NCBI GenBank assembly: GCA_050287845.1 | Contig: JBNKCR010000055.1 | Location: forward strand, 186,637-250,636 | DNA: 64,000 bases | Direction: 5' to 3' | From: Polyangia bacterium | GTDB taxonomy: Bacteria > Myxococcota_A > Polyangia > JAAYKL01 | In this document: positions 18,435 through 27,458 of the stretch, piece after piece | Position numbering within the stretch: the first letter of the stretch is position 1 | Layout: every line of letters starts with the position of its first letter | Notes under the pieces: generated by a model | Told to the model about the DNA's origin: nothing | Seen by the model: the letters and a program-made list of their open reading frames with translations, nothing else | Databases searched by the model: none | Made by a program: the position numbers and the translations under genes

Positions 18435-20699
18435 TCAGGTGGATGTGCCTGGTCGCAGCACCTGTTCCAGCGCGGCTTTCAGATCCGTTCTTCGATAGGG
18501 TTTGTGAAGGAATGCCTCTGGAGGATGTTCCTGCGCTGCGTCCATTGCATGAGATTCGATGTGACCACTGGCCAGAATCACGGGAATGTCGGGACGGATA
18601 TTGCGTATGGCAGTCATGGTTTCAATGCCATTTATTTTCGGCATGGAAAGGTCGCACAGCACCACATCAATTTCGGCAACGTGTTGTTTGAAAATCTCCA
18701 TCGCCGCCTCTCCATCGCCCGCAGAAAATACCCGGTATCCCATTCGATGGAGCATGGTTTCCGCCATTTCTCGAACAGACGGCTCATCTTCCACAAACAG
18801 TACGGTTTTTATCGTCTGAAGTTCTGTGACAGCTGAAGGTTCGGTCAAAGCGGTGGGAGTGAGGGCGGCGACTGATACAGTATGACTGCTCTGTTCACAG
18901 GTGGGAAAGAGAACTCGGAATATCGAACCGACGCCCAGGACGCTTTCCACTGCGACAGCGCCATCGTGTGCGCGAACAATGCCGAGTACAGCCGCCAATC
19001 CCAGTCCTCGTCCAGTGAAACGACTCGAATAAAAAGGGTCGAAGAGAATTGGAAAATCCGTTGTTGAGATCCCCCCTCCTGTGTCTGCAACCTCCAGCAG
19101 TGCATAGGATGGAGCGGTCGGCTTCCAGTTGATGGGAAACCGATTTTCAACTGGAACATCAACCGCGGCGACCTCTCTGATGGATATGGTGACTCTGCCC
19201 TGATGTGTTCCCACTGCTTCAAAGGCGTTGGTTGCAAGGTTGGTGAGTATCTGTTGAATCTGATTCATATCCGCACGGACGGTTGGGTTTGAGGTAGTGG
19301 GTGTCAGTGTCAGTTCGATGCCCTTCGGTGCGATTGTCCGCAGCAGTGGCTGGCTGGCGTGCACAATGTCCGACAATTTATGGGGAGTGTGACTGCGCGC
19401 AGTCTGACCAAGATACGTGAGCATCTGTCCACTGATTTCGGCAGCGCTTGTTGCGGCCATCATGGCAGACGCCAGTCTTGGATGAGCAGGCGCGTCGATG
19501 GGAATATCTTCGATGGCAAGCTCCAGATTCCCAAGTACTGCGCCCAATTTGTTGTTGAAGTGATGGGCAATAGCGCCCGCCATTCGGTGCAGACTTTCAT
19601 TTTTTTGAAGCTGCAGATTGATTTTCTCGAGTTTTGCTTCCACTTTCAACTGGTCTGCCAGCTGTCGCGCTTTATGCCTGGTGACCAGAAGGGAGTGAAT
19701 CATTCCAAACAACAGCACGCTGATGAGCACGCCGCTCAATGCCACGCTCAGTACATTTAAATAACCGGCATGCTGACATGGACTTGAGAAACGCAAAAAC
19801 CAGGTATGTCCATTGAAATTCAATCTGCTCATAAGTGTTTGCATGGACGAATCATCGATGGCGGCCGACGTTGCAGTGTAACTGTCGTACAACAGGGATT
19901 CCTTTCGAAGACTGGGTTCATCGAATATCTCCAGTCGAATACCGGCGTGAATATCTATCTCTCGTTTCCTCAATATCCCGTTCATGAGGTCTTTCATTCG
20001 ATAGGGACTGTACACCCATCCCCGCAGCGCTGCGCGACGATGTGCAACTGTGTCCAATTTTGCACGTTCTTTATATACGGGGACGTACATCAGCGTGCCG
20101 GCCTGAATATCCGTATGGGTCTCCTGGAGCAGAGTCACACGACCGGAAAGTGCTGCAACATCGTAGTCTCGCGCCTGCACCATGGCCTTTCGCCGTACAG
20201 GCTCGGAGTACATGTCATAGCCGAAGGCTCGGCGGTTTCGCATGTTGAAAGGTTCGAGAAACTCAATGGCTGTGTAAATTGGACGCGATCCTTCCGGAGT
20301 TACTCTGTAGTCGGGAAATCCCTCCGCTCGCACCTTTTGAATATGGGATTTCAGGTCGTCCGGATGGATGAACCTTGCGAAACCGATGCCTTGAATGCCC
20401 GGGAGATACTGTTCCACTTTCTGGTGCATGGTGTAGATGTTCCATTCGCGCCGGGTAACCTCGTTTGATGCCTGAAACACTGCTGCACCACTGCGTAGAA
20501 TCTGGGCGTGGGCTTGCATGCGGGCATCAATTCGAAGTTTGATTTCGTCGGAAGCGAATTCAAACGCATTGCGTGCATCGGTTTCCGCAACCTTCCACGC
20601 ATAAATAGAAGCTCCGGCTGTCGCCAGGAGGCTGACCGCAGACAATACCCATGCGGGCAGATTTCGTCGAAACGAAAAGCGTTGTCCAGGCTTTCCCAT
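18435..20699 (-). CDS. CHASE-domain hybrid histidine kinase
   Basis: TM-CHASE (PGIQGIGF, RNRRAFGYDMYSEPVRR, GWVYSP)-TM; AIAHHFNN, NLATNA, GRGLGLA; C-terminal REC. Confidence 0.93.
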   Translation of the reverse strand: MGKPGQRFSFRRNLPAWVLSAVSLLATAGASIYAWKVAETDARNAFEFASDEIKLRIDARMQAHAQILRSGAAVFQASNEVTRREWNIYTMHQKVEQYLPGIQGIGFARFIHPDDLKSHIQKVRAEGFPDYRVTPEGSRPIYTAIEFLEPFNMRNRRAFGYDMYSEPVRRKAMVQARDYDVAALSGRVTLLQETHTDIQAGTLMYVPVYKERAKLDTVAHRRAALRGWVYSPYRMKDLMNGILRKREIDIHAGIRLEIFDEPSLRKESLLYDSYTATSAAIDDSSMQTLMSRLNFNGHTWFLRFSSPCQHAGYLNVLSVALSGVLISVLLFGMIHSLLVTRHKARQLADQLKVEAKLEKINLQLQKNESLHRMAGAIAHHFNNKLGAVLGNLELAIEDIPIDAPAHPRLASAMMAATSAAEISGQMLTYLGQTARSHTPHKLSDIVHASQPLLRTIAPKGIELTLTPTTSNPTVRADMNQIQQILTNLATNAFEAVGTHQGRVTISIREVAAVDVPVENRFPINWKPTAPSYALLEVADTGGGISTTDFPILFDPFYSSRFTGRGLGLAAVLGIVRAHDGAVAVESVLGVGSIFRVLFPTCEQSSHTVSVAALTPTALTEPSAVTELQTIKTVLFVEDEPSVREMAETMLHRMGYRVFSAGDGEAAMEIFKQHVAEIDVVLCDLSMPKINGIETMTAIRNIRPDIPVILASGHIESHAMDAAQEHPPEAFLHKPYRRTDLKAALEQVLRPGTST

Positions 20700-20879
20700 A
20701 CGGTAATCGTGTTCCGTGATCTGTTATAGGTCAAATTGATGGTTGAAAATATGCGATTCCCGGCCACCGGCGGGAATTTTGTGGACAAGGATGGTGGGAA
20801 CGGGATAATATGGCGTATTCTTTGCGGTGATTTTCTGCCGCGCAATTCACTGAAATGTATTCAGATGTTGGGGAAAGTG

Positions 20880-20905
20880 AAAAAGTCCACCCGGGTGGAC
20901 TTTTT
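20880..20905. terminator. Perfect 26-bp palindrome, probable intrinsic terminator of the upstream minus-strand operon
   Basis: AAAAAGTCCACCCGGGTGGACTTTTT, 80 nt past the SDR stop. Confidence 0.6.
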
Positions 20906-20985
20906 AGTTTATGTGGTTAAATGTAGTTCTTTTGACTACATTATCAGGGCCGTTTTTTAACGTGCACGATGAGTAAACGCGTTGT

Positions 20986-21756
20986 TCAGATACCTGCGGG
21001 TGCGTTACCGCCGTTGACCGGGATGAAGGCGCCGGTGATGAAGCTGGCGAGATCGGAGGCGAGAAAGGCGACCACGTTGGCGATTTCCTCAGGTGTGCCC
21101 CGTCTGCGGAGGGGAACTCCGGTGGCGTATGCCTGGTGCACTGCCTCATCCTGTGGGCGATCCCGGAACCCTTCAATCCAGCCCGGAGCCACCTGATTGA
21201 CTGTGACGCCGGAAGGACCGACTTCTCTGGCGAGGACCTGCAATACTCCATCCATGCCTTTTTTGCCGGAAGCATACGCCGACTGCTTCTGGTTAGGGAG
21301 CAGGGACACTTCGGTGTTGATGCCGATGAATCGGCCCCATCCCGTGGAAATCATGTGGGGTACAAACACTTTGGCGGCGAGGACGTTGTGCAGCACACAG
21401 CTGTGAAACTGATTGGTGTAATCGCGAATATCCTCTTCGAGAACGGATTTCCACGGGTAAATCTGGGATACGGCGTTGGTGACCACGATGTTCGGGAGCG
21501 AAAGTTGGCTGGCCATGGTGTCCCGGATGGACATCATGTCGTTGAGTTGCCCCACATCGCCCTGAACAATACAGCCGTTCACTCCCATCGCCCGAATGTC
21601 GGCCAGCAGGGTTTCGGCCTGTTTACGATTGTGTCGGCAGTGAATGCCCACATCGGCGCCGCAGGCAGCGAAGGTTCGCACCATGTCGCGGCCCAGTTGC
21701 CCGGTGGCGCCAGTGACCAGCGCGGTTTTGCCGGAAAGCTGGATGGAAAGAGACAT
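20986..21756 (-). CDS. Short-chain dehydrogenase/reductase (FabG-like)
   Basis: TGATGQLG, YASGK, VNQVAPG, ASFITG...VNGG. Confidence 0.92.
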   Translation of the reverse strand: MSLSIQLSGKTALVTGATGQLGRDMVRTFAACGADVGIHCRHNRKQAETLLADIRAMGVNGCIVQGDVGQLNDMMSIRDTMASQLSLPNIVVTNAVSQIYPWKSVLEEDIRDYTNQFHSCVLHNVLAAKVFVPHMISTGWGRFIGINTEVSLLPNQKQSAYASGKKGMDGVLQVLAREVGPSGVTVNQVAPGWIEGFRDRPQDEAVHQAYATGVPLRRRGTPEEIANVVAFLASDLASFITGAFIPVNGGNAPAGI

Positions 21757-21763
21757 GAAAGAC

Positions 21764-22498
21764 TCAATCTCCGTCGTGGCAGTTCTTTACGGCAATTTTT
21801 ACGGTATTGCCGCTGGGATCCACCTCTTTAACGCCCAGGGATACCCGGTTGTCACGGTTGAGGGCCTGCCAGTACCCATTGAGAATGTCTTCGGCGGTGC
21901 CGGCCATGGGCATCAGCAGGGGCATGCGGTTGAACGGGGGCAGGGGATCGCCGTCGCCCATGTAGGTGGTGAGGCAATACCCGAACCCGGCCTGCGGGGG
22001 GGCCGGTGAAAAGGTGCTGCGATCGGTTTCTGCCGGATTGGCCGGGTTGGCGGAGAGCACACTCATTTTCAGTTCGGGCGCCTTGCCGGTACAGTCAATC
22101 ATTGCGGAGATTCTGGGCGTGTAGTTGGGGGCATCGGGTTCTCTTTCGCGGGTGCGCAGCGCTTTTACGAAGCAGTCCCCCTGTTTCAGAAAGTCGTAAA
22201 TGGTTCTGGTCTGGTCACCGTTGCTGACCAGTTGCACCCCATCGAGGGCCAACATGGCATCGTAAATAATCAGGCTGGGGTCGGTAACTTTGCTTTCGTC
22301 TACCGGTTCGGTCCAGAGGCGATCGCCTTCAAATTTGAATCGGCGGTTCCGGCTATTCACACTGCGCCCCATGATAAAGTAGGCAATGACCCAGTTCTCG
22401 CTGTTTTCCAGACGGCCAACAACGATTCCGCGACCGGGGTAGGGGTTGTGCTGGATGTGCGAACTGAAATTCTGTGTGGCGACTTCTTTTGCGCTCAT
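21764..22498 (-). CDS. IMP cyclohydrolase-like protein (PurO type)
   Basis: YPGRGI, YFIMGRSVNSRNR, DPSLIIY, SNGDQT, EPDAPNYTPRIS; AAGGAG RBS before ATG 22498. Confidence 0.8.
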   Translation of the reverse strand: MSAKEVATQNFSSHIQHNPYPGRGIVVGRLENSENWVIAYFIMGRSVNSRNRRFKFEGDRLWTEPVDESKVTDPSLIIYDAMLALDGVQLVSNGDQTRTIYDFLKQGDCFVKALRTREREPDAPNYTPRISAMIDCTGKAPELKMSVLSANPANPAETDRSTFSPAPPQAGFGYCLTTYMGDGDPLPPFNRMPLLMPMAGTAEDILNGYWQALNRDNRVSLGVKEVDPSGNTVKIAVKNCHDGD

Positions 22499-22690
22499 TT
22501 TGTTCTCCTTAATATTCATGTGAACCGAATCGGCTGTATTGAGACTGGACAGATGTATGCGAATTCGCCGGATTATTCAAGGAAGAGTTGTTCCGTCGAC
22601 AGGGCGGGAACAGATTTTTCGTCTGCAATAAATTCAATAACTTACGTAACCGGGGAGTTTGACATTTGCTCTGAAACAGTGCCGTCCGGG

Positions 22691-25663
22691 TTATCGTTTT
22701 CGGATTTTCGGCATGGCCCGTTTGATGCTTTTGGTGGCGTGAGCGCGAAGTTTCATCATATGGGAAAGGTGCGTTCTGGAGAGCAGTTCGGAACCTTCGG
22801 CCACATCGCCGTAAAACAGGCCCACCGAGAAGGAGTTGACCAGCACCGGGTACAGAATGAACTGCGCGGGCAGGGGATTGAAAATTTCCCGGTACCATGA
22901 GGGCAATTTGCTGATGTATCCCCGGGCGCTCAGGTCGACGAACATATCTCTGCCCTGGGCCAGCGATGTGGTGAACAAATCGCCACTTCGGGATTGTTTG
23001 AAATGAAAGCTTTTGATGACATCATCGATTTCGTCGCCGAAGCCGCTGCGGGCCCGGATGGTGTCGGCTTTGGGGTCGTACAGGCAGAACAGTACACGGG
23101 AAAGCTTGAGACCGCGGAATATGGTTTCCAGAATGATGGAGACAATGTTGTTCATGTCTTCGTGACGTGCCACCGCAGCAGCGACTTCGTCAATTCCCTG
23201 AAGCAGGATTCGTTCTCTGGCCACGCGCTCTTCACGAGCCAGTTTCTCCGGGGTGTATGAGATAAGGGGACGAACGATTCCTTCAACCGACGGTGCAACG
23301 GTGAGGGGGTCGGGAATCATGGATACCTGCTGACCACTCCACGCCATGATGCGTTTAATCAGTGGGCTATCTTTGAAGCCCAGATTCATGGCTTCGGAAT
23401 AGTCTTCGAGTTTCGACGAAAGGTCCTGATATAGCTGTTCCAGTTCCTCCGGTTCAATCTGGAATGTTTCTTCGTATTTCTGCAGCAGCGCCTTCATGTC
23501 ATCCTGCCGGTTTTCGATGGCGCCGTGGGTGGAAGTGTAGGTCAGTTCATTGGCGAACGCGGCAACGTTGCGCAGTTTTTCATCAGAAGATTTCGGTTTG
23601 GTCAGGGGGCCGTCCGGCAGCTTGCCCATGGATTCGAGAATGGATTCAGGGAGAGACCACTCCCTGGCCAGTTCCTGGGCCAGCTCTTCAAATGTGACGC
23701 CCAGTACCGCCAGTGAAGCGCGTTCTTCGCTCAATTTATCGCGCCGCATGGTTTTGATGATCTGTTGATATTTGCCCGGGAAGTAGAACGCAACCAGATT
23801 TTTGCCGAGACTGCGCATCATGGCACACACAAACGCCTCTTCGATGTTCAGTCTGGGCACTTTTCCGGCAATGTATCTGGCCGTCAGCCCACTGAGCAGT
23901 GAAGACAGCATGGAGTTGGTGAGCGCCTGCGCCTGGGGGCCGGCCTGCATGCAGAAATGATCGAACATCAGCAGCCCCAGAGCCGATTGCTGCACCTGAT
24001 CAAAGCCCATGAGCACCACCGCGCGGGACACGGTGGTCACCTTGCCGCGAACCTGTCCGTAATACGGAGAATTGATGAGTTTGAGCAATTTGTTGGTCAG
24101 GGAGTAATCCTTCAGGATGACATTGGACAGCTGCCGGGCAGAAATGGATTTATTGTTCACCTTGGTGTTCAGTTCGGAAACATGTTTGGAAACAGCGGGA
24201 AAGTCCCGTTTTCGCTTCATTTTTTTGATGAGTTCCCGAAGGATGTCTTCTTTGCTCCGATTGACACTCGGAAAATCCGTGTCGTACAGTTCCAGGTCGG
24301 GTATTTTGTCCCGTCCGGGCTTTTCAACCACAGTGTCGGGCAGCTGATTCTTATCGGTGGATGATTTGCCACCGGGACGCTCATTCACGGTTCTGGCAGA
24401 TATGGTCTGATTGGGACGTTGCATTGCCTGAGGAGTGGGTCTGGCCTGCACGGTCTGGACCCGGCCGGACTGAGACACCTGATGTCGGGCTGATGCAGTG
24501 GCATGAGCGGTGGATGCCGCGTGCATGGGGGAAGCCGTCTGAAGTTTCTGACTGGCTGATGCCGGCTGGGGATTCCTTGAAGGGGCCGGTATTGAAATCC
24601 GCTGGCTTTTATCGGCGATGACTCTGGAGAGGGTGGATTCAATATGAATGGGGACCTGCTGATGGGTCTGTACCAGTGTCTTCAGGAACATGGCGATGTC
24701 CGCCATGGACTGGGGGCGTTCCTTGACGGATTTGGCCAGGGACATCATGACAAGCATTTCGAGCTCGCTGGGAACGTTGATGGTGGAATTGGCCTGATTG
24801 AACGGCGGCGGCACATCGGTCAGATGTTTGACCAGCAATGCCATGGGCTGGGGCGCGATGAACGGCAACACGCCGGTGAGCATGTGATACAGGATGACGC
24901 CCAGGGAGTAAATATCGCTGGCGGGGGTGAGCGCATCCCCTTTGATTTGCTCCGGTGACATATATTCCGGGGTGCCGAAGATCTCCCCGGCGGCCGTCAG
25001 CTGGGTCTGTGCTTCCCGGTTCTTCATTTTGGCGATGCCGAAGTCCAGTACTTTCACGATGTCTATGCGGGAACCGCGACTGCTGAGCATGATATTGTCC
25101 GGTTTCAGATCACGATGAATGATGCGGTTGTTGTGGGCTTCTTCCAGGGAATGACAGATTTGGATGGCGATATCACAGGCCCGCTCCCACTCGAGGGCGC
25201 CTTCTTCCCGGATGAGCTGGGAGAGCTCCCTGCCTTCGAGGAACTCCATCGCAATGTACAGAGAACCGTCGTCCGTGGACCCGAAATCGTAAATGGTAAC
25301 CGTATTGGGGTGGGTCAGCATGCTGGCGGTGGCGGCTTCGTTTTTGAACCGCTCCAGCAGATTGGCATCCCGGGCGTATTCCCGGTGGAGAAGCTTCAGG
25401 GCCACCGGTCGTTCGATGCCGGTCTGCACGCCCCTGTAGACCACCCCCATCCCGCCTTCGCCGATTTTTTTCTGCACGATGAACCGATGACCAATCAGTT
25501 TGCCCACAAACGGATCGTCCGGCGTCTGATTTTGACCGATATTGCCACCGGATCCGATGGATGTGCCGCATGTACTGCAGAATCTCGCCTCCTGAGGGTT
25601 TGGCGTCCCGCAATGGTTACAGTAAGTCTGTTGTTCATTTTCAATCTGATAATCCACTGGCAA
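22691..25663 (-). CDS. Ser/Thr protein kinase with N-terminal zinc ribbon and C-terminal HDOD and GAF-like domains
   Basis: CNHC..CSTC; GEGGMG, VALK, HRDLKPDN, DFG, GTPEYMSPE; DFPAV..DYSLTNKLLKLINSPYY, VSRAVVLMG. Confidence 0.92.
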   Translation of the reverse strand: MPVDYQIENEQQTYCNHCGTPNPQEARFCSTCGTSIGSGGNIGQNQTPDDPFVGKLIGHRFIVQKKIGEGGMGVVYRGVQTGIERPVALKLLHREYARDANLLERFKNEAATASMLTHPNTVTIYDFGSTDDGSLYIAMEFLEGRELSQLIREEGALEWERACDIAIQICHSLEEAHNNRIIHRDLKPDNIMLSSRGSRIDIVKVLDFGIAKMKNREAQTQLTAAGEIFGTPEYMSPEQIKGDALTPASDIYSLGVILYHMLTGVLPFIAPQPMALLVKHLTDVPPPFNQANSTINVPSELEMLVMMSLAKSVKERPQSMADIAMFLKTLVQTHQQVPIHIESTLSRVIADKSQRISIPAPSRNPQPASASQKLQTASPMHAASTAHATASARHQVSQSGRVQTVQARPTPQAMQRPNQTISARTVNERPGGKSSTDKNQLPDTVVEKPGRDKIPDLELYDTDFPSVNRSKEDILRELIKKMKRKRDFPAVSKHVSELNTKVNNKSISARQLSNVILKDYSLTNKLLKLINSPYYGQVRGKVTTVSRAVVLMGFDQVQQSALGLLMFDHFCMQAGPQAQALTNSMLSSLLSGLTARYIAGKVPRLNIEEAFVCAMMRSLGKNLVAFYFPGKYQQIIKTMRRDKLSEERASLAVLGVTFEELAQELAREWSLPESILESMGKLPDGPLTKPKSSDEKLRNVAAFANELTYTSTHGAIENRQDDMKALLQKYEETFQIEPEELEQLYQDLSSKLEDYSEAMNLGFKDSPLIKRIMAWSGQQVSMIPDPLTVAPSVEGIVRPLISYTPEKLAREERVARERILLQGIDEVAAAVARHEDMNNIVSIILETIFRGLKLSRVLFCLYDPKADTIRARSGFGDEIDDVIKSFHFKQSRSGDLFTTSLAQGRDMFVDLSARGYISKLPSWYREIFNPLPAQFILYPVLVNSFSVGLFYGDVAEGSELLSRTHLSHMMKLRAHATKSIKRAMPKIRKR

Positions 25664-25906
25664 CGCCTCAGGTTAACATCTGTGATGAATGAGAAAAATC
25701 ATGCAATTTTCACATCTTTTAAATTCGGCTTTGATCACGAATCTTTAAGACTTTTCACGTTTTTTTCTGTCATATCTTGAACTGAAGCAACACGTGCGGT
25801 ATTGGAGATGAAATCGCGGAACTGCCTGCGTCGATTTGCACTCGCCGTATTGGTGGCACCAACTGTTCGCCGCCGGAGGATGCGTCCGGCGGTATCGGGA
25901 GTAAAA

Positions 25907-26305
25907 ATGAGGCAAATTCAAAATATAGGTGCAGTGCTCGGCATGATGCTGGCACTGGTGTCGTGTTCGGTCGTTGAAGTGGACGAGTTTGAGTACGGCG
26001 TGGCGGATCCGTTCATTGGGGAAGAAAACTATTACGACACGGAGTCAGATACAGCGGAGAATCAGGATTCATTATCGGATGCGGATTCCGACAGCGCGAC
26101 GGCCACGGGCACCGATTCTGATTCCGACACCGTTTCTGACACGATTTCTGATTCAGATTCCAGTACGGATTCCGCCACCGCAACGGACAGTTCCACTGAA
26201 ACAGACACGCTGTTCGATTCTGCGTCGGGTACAGACACAGAATCTGATTCCGGTTCTGATTCCGATGCAGATTCATCTTCCGATTCCGACACGGTCACGG
26301 ACTGA
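25907..26305 (+). CDS. Small lipoprotein, almost entirely Asp/Ser/Thr low-complexity
   Basis: MRQIQNIGAVLGMMLALVSC lipobox, GGAG RBS, DSDSD repeats. Confidence 0.7.
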   Translation: MRQIQNIGAVLGMMLALVSCSVVEVDEFEYGVADPFIGEENYYDTESDTAENQDSLSDADSDSATATGTDSDSDTVSDTISDSDSSTDSATATDSSTETDTLFDSASGTDTESDSGSDSDADSSSDSDTVTD

Positions 26306-26348
26306 CGCGAACGTCTCACCACTGCGATCGTCGTAAAAACAGCTGTCG

Positions 26349-27257
26349 TCAAATGTGCAGTGTGGCCCGTTCGGCAATGGTTTTTACCAGTTGCTGAAAA
26401 TCCATGCCGGCGTGGGCGGCGATTTCCGGGAGCAGAGAGGTGGGGGTCATGCCCGGTATGGTATTTATCTCCAGGCAGTAAATCTGATCGTCCGGTGTCA
26501 GGATAAAATCCACGCGGGCAGCGCCTGCGCAACCGACCGCGTCGAAGACCTTTTTACCTTCGGCGCATATTTTTTCAATCCGGGGTACGCTGAGTCGCGG
26601 TGGAATGTGATGGGTGGATCCTCCCGGTTCGTATTTGGCGGCATAATCGTAGAATTCGTTGTGGGGCTCCACCTCCACGGCGCCGAGAACCTGATTGTCC
26701 AGCACGGCCACCTGCACTTCAATGCCACCGATATATTCCTCCACCAGGATTCTGTTGGAACATTTGAATGCTTCAGAGAGTGCGTCTGAAAAGTCTGCCG
26801 GCGATTTTACAATACTTACGCCCACCGATGAACCTTCCTCTGCCGGTTTCACCACCACGGGGAATTGCAGACCATCGGGCAGTTCATCCCTGTTTTCCGC
26901 GGTGAACACCACCCCCCGGGCCACCAGAACCCCCGCATCGGACAGGATTTGCCGCGTTCTGGCTTTGTCAATCGCCAGGGCAGAAGCGAGCACCCCGGAT
27001 CCCGTGTAGGGAATCTGCATCATTTCGAGCAATCCCTGGACAGTGCCATCTTCGCCATGGCGTCCGTGAAGCACAATGAACGCCGCTTCAATGCCGGCAT
27101 TGCGAATCTGCCGGTCCAGTTCGTGAGATACATCAATCCGAACAACGTCAAATCCACTTTTTTCCAGTGCATCTGCCACGGCATTGCCACCGGCCAGGGA
27201 TACTTCCCGTTCTCTTGATACGCCCCCGTACAGGACGCCAATTCTTTTGAATTTCAT
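26349..27257 (-). CDS. ddl: D-alanine--D-alanine ligase
   Basis: GGVSREREVSL, LHGRHGEDG, GSSVG, FYDYAAKY, EINTIPGMT. Confidence 0.96.
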   Translation of the reverse strand: MKFKRIGVLYGGVSREREVSLAGGNAVADALEKSGFDVVRIDVSHELDRQIRNAGIEAAFIVLHGRHGEDGTVQGLLEMMQIPYTGSGVLASALAIDKARTRQILSDAGVLVARGVVFTAENRDELPDGLQFPVVVKPAEEGSSVGVSIVKSPADFSDALSEAFKCSNRILVEEYIGGIEVQVAVLDNQVLGAVEVEPHNEFYDYAAKYEPGGSTHHIPPRLSVPRIEKICAEGKKVFDAVGCAGAARVDFILTPDDQIYCLEINTIPGMTPTSLLPEIAAHAGMDFQQLVKTIAERATLHI

Positions 27258-27458
27258 GGAATCACCTCGAATGCCGCAGTTATTCAGTCTGTGCGGCGAT
27301 ATATCGTTGTCGCGCCCTTTTATGCTTTATAAAAAGACTTCAATAATTGCTTTTTATAAACGAATTCCATATCTTGATTAAGCAAAATGAAATGTTTTGT
27401 GACCCGGGTTTTCCACTTCTGGAAAATCTGAGATTACTCATGGATTAAGTATTACGAA

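Noticed and set aside
20811..20825. Sigma54-like TGGCGTATTCTTTGC on the + strand
   Set aside because: Correct spacing but faces a palindromic terminator and the 3' end of a minus-strand gene; likely chance.
20920..20942. 8-7-8 inverted repeat AATGTAGT/ACTACATT
   Set aside because: Could be an operator, but it is a single AT-rich instance with no assignable regulator.
26030..26300. DSDSD tracts as MSCRAMM/Sdr adhesins or DNA tandem repeats
   Set aside because: Codons vary, and there is no LPxTG or adhesin domain; these are low-complexity protein linkers.
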